DNA from: a virus
Taxonomy: Duplodnaviria > Heunggongvirae > Uroviricota > Caudoviricetes
DNA: 19,602 bases
Direction: 5' to 3' (one strand)
Virus record (IMG/VR): IMGVR_UViG_648276650_000010
Coordinates: 1 to 19,602 of that record
A program made the position numbers and the translations under genes. Shown piece by piece: positions 1-7,900 of this stretch; within the stretch, counting starts at the first letter, position 1; each line of letters opens with the position of its first letter. The notes beneath the pieces are model-generated. The model ran no database searches and was not told the DNA's origin. It worked only from the letters and a program-made list of their open reading frames with translations.

Positions 1-2400
1 TTACATCTTGCGTCTGTTGCTGTCTTGAACAATAGCCGCGATGTTCTGTTGCTGACGTTTTAATTGTTCAGCAAACCAACGCTGATCAGTAACATTCCCT
101 GAAACGTGAATACTTGCGTCGATTTTTGTTTCGCCTCCTGTTTTCTGATTATCTAAGAAGTCTTTCAAGTCGCCGTTTGTTCTTTCATCAACGACACGTT
201 CGCCACCATCAAGCAGCCATGTCCCTTCTCTTGGAACATTAGAAATACCATCGTGAGCCATACCAGTAAGATTCACTGATTTCATCTGCATGACTTGTCC
301 GATAACTCTTGCATAACTTGAAGCAGCCAGAGCGTAACCTAAAGGACCAGGATATTTTGCCATTGAAGCAGTTGCTGATTCATAAGCGTTTAACATACCG
401 CTTGCGATTGCTGTTCCTTTTTCAACTGCAAACATTGCTTGAGCAGCTTTAGAGTTTTCACCAGAAATACCGGCTATAACTGCACCCATACCAGAAGCAA
501 AACCGTTATACATCTGGAGTTTTGTCTGAATCTCAGTGAAAGTAATTGCTTTCGATTTAACCGCATAAGCTTGCTCAAGACGCTGTTTCTGTTTGAGATA
601 ATCTTCATAAGAAATCAATTGTCCGTCATATAGCTTTTGGTTCTGTTCTTGCATCTTCTGAAATTGTTCTTCCAACATTTTCTGTTGAATAGCCATTTTT
701 TCTTCATCAGTTGCAAAACCGATAGCATCAAGATTTTTAAGATTAGACATATTACCATCGCCAGCAGTCGCTTTAATTGCTTCAAGACGTTGCTGATGGT
801 CTTTCTGAATAGCTTCTAACTGAGAATTATATTCTTTCTGACCGATAAGCGATTGGGCTTTCTTAGCTTCGAGTTGTTCAAGTTGTTGTTGATATACGAT
901 TTCAAGACTCGACGTAATAGCACCGATTTCTTCAGGACTTGCCATAAGAGTTTGTTTGAATTCTTTGTTTGAATTCTCAAAAAGCATTTTACGACGTTGA
1001 TTTGCCTGTGTAGCGCTGATTATTCCTTTCTTTTCAAGTTCGTCGATTGTTTCAACAGCTTCTCTAACTTTACTGACTTGACTAGAAATAGTTCTGCCTT
1101 CTTGACTGAGAATTGCAGCATCAAGACTGGAAAGATTCTGTAACGCTGTCTGACGCTCTTGCATCATCTTATCATAAGCAGCTTTAGCTTCTCTTGCGGC
1201 TTGTTCCTGTAAGCGTTCCTTTTCTTTCTGAGCAGCTTTAGCTTCTCTTGCTATTTTGTCAGCTTCGCGTTTAGCTTTTTCAGCTTCTTTCTTAGCGTCT
1301 TCGGCAGCTAATGCATCTTTTTTTCTTTTCAGATCTGCGGCAGTTTTAGCATTTGCTTGCTGTAAACGAAGATTTTCATCAGCTTTGATTCTTGCTGCGG
1401 CAATATCTTTCTGAAACTTTTCTTCATCTGCAATTGCTTTTCTACGTTTAGCAAAACCCGCATTAGGCATCCATTCGCCCATTTTGTTAACAGTCGCTTC
1501 GGCAGCCCAATCAGAAAGAGCAGCATCAGGACGCAACGTGCTTAATGTTCCCATGAAGTCTAAAAAGTTACTTGCTGTCCAATCTTTATTAGCAATTTCG
1601 AACAGGTCGTTCATTTTCTTAACTAACGGACTCATAACGTTAACAGTTAGATTATCCAGATTGACGGTTAACGTTTTCATGTTTTCGTCGAATTCTTTAT
1701 ATTCTTTTGCTGTTTCGTTTGTGATATCAACAGAACGATTGTTAATAGCGTTTAATGCGTCTTGAGTTGAACCGTATTTTTCAAGAGTTGAAATCAAATG
1801 TGAAGCATCAGAAGCCATTGACTCCATTCCGTTCACGATTTCAGCTTGACTTGCACCAGCAGCTTTCAGGTCATAATAAGTCTGAACAAGCGCTTTAATA
1901 CCGCCTTGGGCATCGTTGACGTATTGTGTGTACTGTTCAAGACCAATACCCCATTCTTTGAGGTCGTCTGCAATACCGCCATGACCTTCTCTGAATGAAT
2001 CGCCAAGTTTATCTAATGTGTCTTTGTTTAAATCTCCGAAACGGTCAATCTCCATACCTGTTTCGCGAAATTCATTTTTAAGTTGTTGCAGATATTCAAC
2101 TGAAAGACCAGTTGATGTAGAGAGTTGATTGAGTTCTCTCGTTTTTTCTAACGCGGTATTAAGAACAGCTACACCTGCACCTGCTGCCATTCCTGCAATC
2201 CCCAGAGCTTGCATACCCTTGGACATTCCTGCAATACCTGAGATTCCGTTGTTGAGATTATTCAACGGTCCTGTCATATTACTAAAAAGTCCATTAGCTA
2301 CTGAATCGAGTTCATTCAGTTTCTTCATGGACTTGTCAATAGAAATTGATAGGCCTTTGTTATCTCCGTTAATCTCGACGTCATAACGTGATTTAGCCAT
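1..2400 (-). CDS. tail tape measure protein, 799 aa
   Basis: ATG at 2400-2398 preceded by a GGTG Shine-Dalgarno; stop TAA at 3-1. Protein is helical with an EAK/Q-rich low-complexity core and Gly/Ala-rich hydrophobic segments near both ends. Lies immediately downstream of the G/T chaperone pair and overlaps the T-frame stop by 8 nt. Assigned from composition and synteny. Confidence 0.75.
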   Translation of the reverse strand: MAKSRYDVEINGDNKGLSISIDKSMKKLNELDSVANGLFSNMTGPLNNLNNGISGIAGMSKGMQALGIAGMAAGAGVAVLNTALEKTRELNQLSTSTGLSVEYLQQLKNEFRETGMEIDRFGDLNKDTLDKLGDSFREGHGGIADDLKEWGIGLEQYTQYVNDAQGGIKALVQTYYDLKAAGASQAEIVNGMESMASDASHLISTLEKYGSTQDALNAINNRSVDITNETAKEYKEFDENMKTLTVNLDNLTVNVMSPLVKKMNDLFEIANKDWTASNFLDFMGTLSTLRPDAALSDWAAEATVNKMGEWMPNAGFAKRRKAIADEEKFQKDIAAARIKADENLRLQQANAKTAADLKRKKDALAAEDAKKEAEKAKREADKIAREAKAAQKEKERLQEQAAREAKAAYDKMMQERQTALQNLSSLDAAILSQEGRTISSQVSKVREAVETIDELEKKGIISATQANQRRKMLFENSNKEFKQTLMASPEEIGAITSSLEIVYQQQLEQLEAKKAQSLIGQKEYNSQLEAIQKDHQQRLEAIKATAGDGNMSNLKNLDAIGFATDEEKMAIQQKMLEEQFQKMQEQNQKLYDGQLISYEDYLKQKQRLEQAYAVKSKAITFTEIQTKLQMYNGFASGMGAVIAGISGENSKAAQAMFAVEKGTAIASGMLNAYESATASMAKYPGPLGYALAASSYARVIGQVMQMKSVNLTGMAHDGISNVPREGTWLLDGGERVVDERTNGDLKDFLDNQKTGGETKIDASIHVSGNVTDQRWFAEQLKRQQQNIAAIVQDSNRRKM
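1177..1251 (-). repeat. 21-nt exact direct repeat (agcagctttagcttctcttgc) at 1177-1197 and 1231-1251 inside the tape measure gene
   Basis: Read directly from the sequence. Copies are 54 nt apart (in frame) and encode the duplicated peptide AREAKAA within the EAK-rich region. Confidence 0.8.
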
Positions 2401-3099
2401 TATTCACCTTTTTTTGTTGTTTCAGTCTAACTTTGTCTAACAGAGCAGGGTCGAACATCGATTCAACAGCTTTCTTGCGTTTAAGCTCCTGTTGCTCTTT
2501 CTCTTTTTCGATTTCCTCTTGAGACTTAAACACAGAATCTTTAATAAGCAGGTGATCTTTCATGTTGAGCTTTTTCCTATATTCTTTTGTAAGATTAGGA
2601 TTATTAGCTTCGATAGTGTGGACCAAACGTGCTTGATAGAAATCGTTATAGACAGGACCTTGAGGTTCAATAAACGAGTCGAAAAACCATAGTTCGTAAT
2701 ACATCATCACGGACATCTGTTGAATTTCATCGTTAGATAATCCGCGACGTAGCATTGTTCTATACTGAAATGATTTAGCCCAGTTCTGTCTTAGTTCTTT
2801 TCCAGAACGTCTGATTTCTTACTGAGAATACTGGCAGTAGAAACAGCACTAGCAAGAGTTGAACGAACAGTGGTATAAAGTTTCTGAACTTGAGCGATTT
2901 CTTTAAAAACAGGAGTTCCGTCTTCGTGTTGAATACAATTCAGAATCATTCGGTCGTTACGTTCTTCTGTGTTTTCATTTTTGAAATAGAATTCACCGAA
3001 TTCAGATACGGTCATAGGACGAGCATAGAATTTAAAGCCGTTGATTTCTACTGGTTCGCGAGAAGGCGAAAGACTTGCTAACATTTCATCGAAATTCAT
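2393..3099 (-). CDS. predicted G-T fusion chaperone made by -1 programmed ribosomal frameshift
   Basis: The -1 frame is open from a TAA at 2821-2819 down to the stop at 2395-2393, overlapping the last ~8 codons of the G frame. The T-frame stop overlaps the tape measure start by 8 nt. The frameshift itself is inferred; the slippery site is non-canonical. Confidence 0.5.
2791..3099 (-). CDS. tail assembly chaperone, gpG-like, 102 aa
   Basis: ATG at 3099-3097 with an AAGGGA SD-like element; stop TAA at 2793-2791. Sits directly upstream of the tape measure gene, and a -1 frame ORF overlaps its 3' end (classic G/GT arrangement). N-terminal segment VEINGFKFYARPMTVSEFGEF resembles the lambda gpG N-terminus as I recall it. 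Confidence 0.65.
   Translation of the reverse strand: MNFDEMLASLSPSREPVEINGFKFYARPMTVSEFGEFYFKNENTEERNDRMILNCIQHEDGTPVFKEIAQVQKLYTTVRSTLASAVSTASILSKKSDVLEKN
2794..2821 (-). promoter_or_regulatory. candidate -1 frameshift window; best heptamer GGAAAAG at 2797-2803
   Basis: This is the only stretch where the G frame and the T frame are both open. Minus-strand sequence is AGT AAG AAA TCA GAC GTT CTG GAA AAG AAC TAA. It contains the A-AAG lysine slippery motif but not a canonical X-XXY-YYZ heptamer. Confidence 0.35.
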
Positions 3100-3133
3100 T
3101 TTTGTTTCCCTTTGTTGAGTTTTCTTTTATTTA

Positions 3134-3162
3134 TGAAAAAGGGAGCGCGAGGCTCCCTTTTG
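3134..3162 (-). terminator. intrinsic terminator (bidirectional-looking) after the 105-aa gene
   Basis: Stem GGGAGC (3141-3146) pairs with GCTCCC (3152-3157) around a 5-nt loop. Flanked by AAAAA (3136-3140) and TTTT (3158-3161), so it is followed by a U-tract on either strand. Located between the stop at 3163 and the G start at 3099. Confidence 0.65.
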
Positions 3163-3480
3163 TTATTTCCATTGAAAGAAATATCCGTACATTCTGAAAC
3201 CTTTGTGGATATATTCAATCATTCCTAAGTTCTTCGCTTCGGTCTCAAAAAATGGACCTTGCAGTCGAACTGTCTGTCCTAATTTGAAATGACAATTAGG
3301 TTTTTTCTTCTGTGTTGAAACAATAAAAACGTTCTTATCGTTGAACAGATATTTTTTAATTCGCTTATCTTTGATGTGTTCGCAACCGTAAGGAACAGTC
3401 ATTGACTCGGGATTAATCTCGTTAACGTAGATGTCGGCAAGTTCGTCTAATCTGTAAGTATCAAAATCGTGAATGTTCAT
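3163..3480 (-). CDS. hypothetical protein, 105 aa
   Basis: ATG at 3480-3478 with an AGGAGA SD; stop TAA at 3165-3163; followed by a terminator. No recognisable motif. Confidence 0.55.
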   Translation of the reverse strand: MNIHDFDTYRLDELADIYVNEINPESMTVPYGCEHIKDKRIKKYLFNDKNVFIVSTQKKKPNCHFKLGQTVRLQGPFFETEAKNLGMIEYIHKGFRMYGYFFQWK

Positions 3481-3497
3481 TTGTTCTCCTTTTGACT

Positions 3498-4040
3498 TTA
3501 TTTAGTACCCGCAACACGCTTAACGGTTTTGAATATATCGTCAGAGATTTGATTCCATGAACCCAGAGTTTTTCTTCTGTGTTGATTTTTCTTGAATACA
3601 GCAATTAAACGACGGTCTTGCTTTTTAACGTTAGTTTTAATGAGGATCGTTCGAGTTACGCCATCTTTTTTTTGCTTGACAGCTTCAAGATTATTTCTTG
3701 ATTTCAAGTTAGGAATGTTACCGAATTTGTTCTTTGAACCTCTTACACCAGTTGGAACAAACTTGTTAATTCCTTTGTTATCATCAATTAACGGAGCAAG
3801 ATAATCAGCCTGCTTGTCTTTGATGAATATTCTATTTCGTGACCCGTTCTGATCGTATCTGAAACTGAAACCTACTGCGTTCTTAGTGAAATTAACTGGT
3901 CCATCGACTCGTCTGTTGATTTTTCTTTGCAACTCAACAGAAGCGAGTTTAGACGCTTTGGTTACTTTCTTACTGAACACGTCAGATTCTTTGATTCGCC
4001 ATTTTTCAAGGTCTTTCATAACATCTTTTGCTTTTGCCAT
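3498..4040 (-). CDS. hypothetical strongly basic (Lys/Arg-rich) protein, 180 aa
   Basis: ATG at 4040-4038 overlaps the stop of the upstream 65-aa ORF (TAATG coupling). Composition suggests nucleic-acid binding; too basic to be a typical tail tube protein. Function unknown. Confidence 0.6.
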   Translation of the reverse strand: MAKAKDVMKDLEKWRIKESDVFSKKVTKASKLASVELQRKINRRVDGPVNFTKNAVGFSFRYDQNGSRNRIFIKDKQADYLAPLIDDNKGINKFVPTGVRGSKNKFGNIPNLKSRNNLEAVKQKKDGVTRTILIKTNVKKQDRRLIAVFKKNQHRRKTLGSWNQISDDIFKTVKRVAGTK

Positions 4041-4237
4041 TAGTTCACTCCTGACATCAGAAGCGTCCCAAATGTTTTTATCTGTTCTTCGCTGATAAGA
4101 ATCATTTTAGGTGCTTTAATATCGAAAGCTTGCAGAACAGGAACAGCAACAGTGTTATAAGTTATAGTAACGAGAAATAGAACAATAAGATAATCTTTAG
4201 CGTGTTTTGCCAATGCTTGGAGATATTTCATTTTCAT
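4040..4237 (-). CDS. small membrane protein, 65 aa, one predicted TM helix
   Basis: ATG at 4237-4235 with a GGTG SD 5 nt upstream. Hydrophobic segment YLIVLFLVTITYNTVAVPVL. Overlaps the 3' end of the endonuclease gene by 41 nt and is coupled to the downstream 180-aa gene. Confidence 0.45.
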   Translation of the reverse strand: MKMKYLQALAKHAKDYLIVLFLVTITYNTVAVPVLQAFDIKAPKMILISEEQIKTFGTLLMSGVN

Positions 4238-4673
4238 ATTTCACCTTTATTTGGTTTGAGTAGACTTTTTCAAGCTCCTTTTTCGTTTTAAGGTTTGAAC
4301 CTGTAATAGCTTTCATCTCAGAAAGATTTTTTCGAGAGAACGCCTTCTTTAAATCAGGAATAAGTTGTGGATGCGTAGGATTGTCTGAGTAGTCTTTTTC
4401 AAGATACTGAACAAGATTCTTCAAAAACTCGATGTAGTCAATTTTCCCATCGAGACCCGAACGTTTAAACTGATGTTTTATTCTGCCCTCTAGGACGTTT
4501 GCTTGAGCGATTAATAATCCTCTGCATCTGCCTGCGTTAGAGCCTGTTAATATATGGTCATGGTCAAGATGGGCTTTATTAACTTCATGAATCTTTATGC
4601 CAGTTAAAGCACAAAGACCTTTTTGCTTTTGAAAGAGTTCTTGCTTATAAATCGGAATCTCTTTTCTTTTCAT
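4197..4673 (-). CDS. T4 endonuclease VII (gp49)-like nuclease, 158 aa, with degenerate zinc-binding site
   Basis: ATG at 4673-4671 with a GAGG SD; ATGA overlap with the upstream 94-aa gene. The segment HLDHDHILTGSNAGRCRGLLIAQANVLEGRIKHQFKRSGLDGKIDYIEFLKNLVQYLEKDY aligns closely with my recollection of T4 endo VII (HLDHDHELNGPKAGKVRGLLCNLCNAAEGQMKHKFNRSGL...). The catalytic Asp/His/Asn/Glu positions appear retained, but three of the four Cys Zn ligands are replaced (by T, I, A). Confidence 0.8.
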   Translation of the reverse strand: MKRKEIPIYKQELFQKQKGLCALTGIKIHEVNKAHLDHDHILTGSNAGRCRGLLIAQANVLEGRIKHQFKRSGLDGKIDYIEFLKNLVQYLEKDYSDNPTHPQLIPDLKKAFSRKNLSEMKAITGSNLKTKKELEKVYSNQIKVKYENEISPSIGKTR

Positions 4674-4954
4674 TTTCCTCTTAGAACTGCTAGGTCGATA
4701 TCTAGCTTTGCTGTTCTTCCTTCTAAATTCTTCAAATCAGATTTGACCTCTCGAAATTCATCCTGTTGTCGTGTTATATCGCTTATAAGCGAAGCATCTT
4801 TTGCGTCATTAACGGCTATGCTTTTTTCGATGTCTGAGAAACGTTTCTCAAGGTCAATTCGTTTTTCATTGTTTGATTTAATTTCGGCATAAACCCAAGC
4901 CAAGAAACCTCCTAGAGCACCCAAGATGGAAATGATCAGTGCTATATCGACCAT
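4670..4954 (-). CDS. membrane-anchored coiled-coil protein, 94 aa
   Basis: ATG at 4954-4952 with two AAGGAG-type elements upstream. N-terminal hydrophobic helix (IALIISILGALGGFLAWVYA) followed by a charged heptad-like region. Function unknown; i-spanin-like or exclusion-like topology. Confidence 0.6.
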   Translation of the reverse strand: MVDIALIISILGALGGFLAWVYAEIKSNNEKRIDLEKRFSDIEKSIAVNDAKDASLISDITRQQDEFREVKSDLKNLEGRTAKLDIDLAVLRGK

Positions 4955-4999
4955 CTTGAATCTCCTTTTTAAAAGACCTCCTTGTCTTTATTTAGAACG

Positions 5000-7900
5000 T
5001 TATTGTTGTTTACTGATAAAGTAAACTGCTCTTGCTGCGGTCGCATGATTCAAGTCAGCACCGTAACTCAAATCAACAGCTTGTCCCGCATAGATAATGC
5101 CTGTACCACCGTTTGAACCACTCATTGCACTGGTAACTGTTCTTACGATTTCTTGACCGTTCGACATATTAATCCATGCAGTTCCGTAGCCCCAAGCACC
5201 ACCGGAATAAGTTCTGCCTGAAATCGAAAGGTTTGGAATAGAAATTACTCTGTTCCAGTTAACAGCAGGAATATGAACTGTTGTCCACGGATCTATATGA
5301 CCCATTTTGATAACGTCACCTTCAATTCTGTCAGCGTATACAGTTCCTGTGAAATAACCTGAACCGCCTCTGATTTCACCTGCGAAATAACCAGAATCTG
5401 CTTGAATGTTACCTCTGATATTAACGTTTTGGAAAGAAGCCCAACCGTCTTTTCTGATTGTCCAACCTTGAGTACCACCGGAAGGGAACCAGTTATCAGA
5501 AGATATTTCATAAGCAATCTGTGCTGAACCGATCTGAGCATTACCAATTTTCGCAGTAGTAATCGCACCGTTTTCAATCTTCGCGTTGTTAATAGCACCG
5601 TTTTGAATCTTAGCGTTGTTAATAGAAGCATCTGCAATCTGTGCTGAACCGATAGAAGCATTACGAATCATTGCAGAATCCATATAAACTCTGTTATCAG
5701 CGACCATAAACGGAGCAACAGCACCCGCAGGAGTATTGTTATTCGTTATAGCGATTTTATCAGCGTTAAAAACAATACTAGACTGTTTTGAACCGTCAGG
5801 ATTCTTATTAGCCAGCATACTGATACCAGCAACAACACCGTCGGCATTAGTCTGAACTGCCCATTTGCTATTAATCGTTCCTGTTAAGTCGTCAACGCTT
5901 GCTTTTGATTCTTGACTAACTGTTGCAATAGCTGTGTTTGTTTCAGCTTTCAATTGATTAATTGAACTTGCGGTTGCTTGTCTATCATCAGCTTGAGTTT
6001 TTTCAACTTTCGTAATAGCCGAGTTAAGTTTTCCATCAAAGTTAGATTCTTGAATACTGATAGCCTGATTGATAGCGCCATTAGTTTCATTAGTAATCTG
6101 AGTATGAAGTTCGGTGTTTTTCGTCGTGATAGTCTGATTTAATTCAGTAGTAACTTTTTGCTCGGATGCTGTAACTTTCGTATCAGTGTATTTGTTAGCG
6201 AGGTCTAATGCTTCATCGATAGCACCATCAACACGTTTATCCAAATCAAGCAAATCGTTTAACTGTTCTTTCATATCGTCAGTCCACGGAATATCCCATT
6301 TCATATCGATAAACTTCGATTCTGACCAAGTAATCTGGTCTTGTCCGAATACGTCATACCAAGCTGAACGAACATAGAATTGACCATCTTCTAATGGAAA
6401 ATTATCTAAGAACGGACTTGAACTTGAATAAACGTGAACAATTTCATTAAAACTCTGGTCTTTCGCAATATGAACGATTGTGCCTTTGAAGTCAGGAACT
6501 TCAGGCTTATTATCGCGTGGGTCATTCCAAGAGCACATCAGCATTCCAGGACCATTCGAAGCTGTGAAACCTTGAATAGCAGGAGCTTGATTGTTCTTAA
6601 CAGTAATAACAGCAGGATCTGACTTCATACCAGCGTGACCGTATGCAGTAACAGAAACTTTCAATTCACGACTCAGACCATTACCCAAGTTCATATTAAA
6701 GTCATATACAAAACCTAAGTCTTTAGTCTTGTAAATTACAGGACGCTGACCTTCAATTTTGATTTCGTAATATTGAAAAACTTCACCGAATGTCTGTAAC
6801 GTGTCGTCAACATAGAATTTCTGTGCGCTCTGGTCGTCCCAGGCGAATTCAAATTGAGTCTTGTTAGTGGTGTATTGATTTTCAACTGCGTTCACTAGGT
6901 GCAGTCCTGTAACGACTGGTAAGTTATACATAACCTCAGGGTTAACGTTATTGACATAAACCCAATCTGAACGATACACAACACCAGAAGCACAAACACG
7001 AATATCAAATTTCTGATTAGGGTCAAGACTCATAATCAAGAAATAATCGCCTGATGTGAAACCTGCTTGAATCCAAGAGTTCTTACCAGCAAGACTATAC
7101 TGAATATAATAACCTGCGCGATTATAATCAGGTTCAGACGTCCATTGAACTTTCAGAGTTCTTCCTAAAGCTGTTTCAGCAACTGCTTTAACTGTCAGAT
7201 TCTTAGGAGCAATCAGAACAGATTTATTAGGAATGTTGCTTCCTGTGTTATCAGGGTCTTTCGCGTAGTCAAGATTGGTATAAACTTCTTCGATATATTC
7301 AGAAGCAGTAATAGTAACGATACCAGCAGCACCTTTATTCATCGAACGATCGATATTAGTAATACGCCATAATGAATTCACAAGTTCCAGTTCAGAGAAA
7401 TTAACTCTGATAACATCCCAGACCTGTGCGGTATAAGCATCAGCAGTTGAAAAACTAATAACTTGCTTTAACAGAGATTTGTTACGTTCGATTGAAGCAA
7501 TTTTATCCAACTGAGATTTTGATTTCACGAATCTGTAACTGATATCTTTAGCGATAATACGTTTATCTTTCGCGATTGTTCCATCATTTGTTACGTCAGA
7601 CGGATAACGCAGAACTTGGTCAGAATAGTCAATCGACGGATCTTGATATTTCACGTTCAGAGTATTGTAATAATTCTCAGAACCGCCATCGTTTAAGCTA
7701 ACAGTACCAGCGTTAATATTATCTTCGTTGAAGTCATATTGAACAACATCAGGTCCATCGATTCTGCATGTTACTTTACCGAAAGTCTCTGTGATAATAC
7801 CGTTAAATGCACCTGCAAGCTGAGTTAAGTTTTCTTTGAATGAACCGTTCGGGTCAGTTGCACCATCAGAAAATAAACTGTTCAGTTTTGCATATCGAGC

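Noticed and set aside
439-2386. Several short plus-strand ORFs (439-633, 637-819, 1484-1765, 2129-2386)
   Set aside because: All are antisense inside the tape measure gene, short, without ribosome-binding sites, and with atypical composition.
4040-4954. Interpretation of the 94-aa and 65-aa membrane proteins as a holin/spanin lysis cassette
   Set aside because: No endolysin-like gene is adjacent, no lipoprotein-type o-spanin signal is visible, and the intervening gene is a nuclease. Kept as one hypothesis only, not annotated as lysis genes.
5293-5661. 122-aa minus-strand ORF nested in the J-like gene, and similar nested ORFs at 8188-8478, 9979-10185, 12994-13245 and 17498-17692
   Set aside because: Alternative frames within much longer, well-supported genes, with Leu/Arg-rich composition; no independent start signals.
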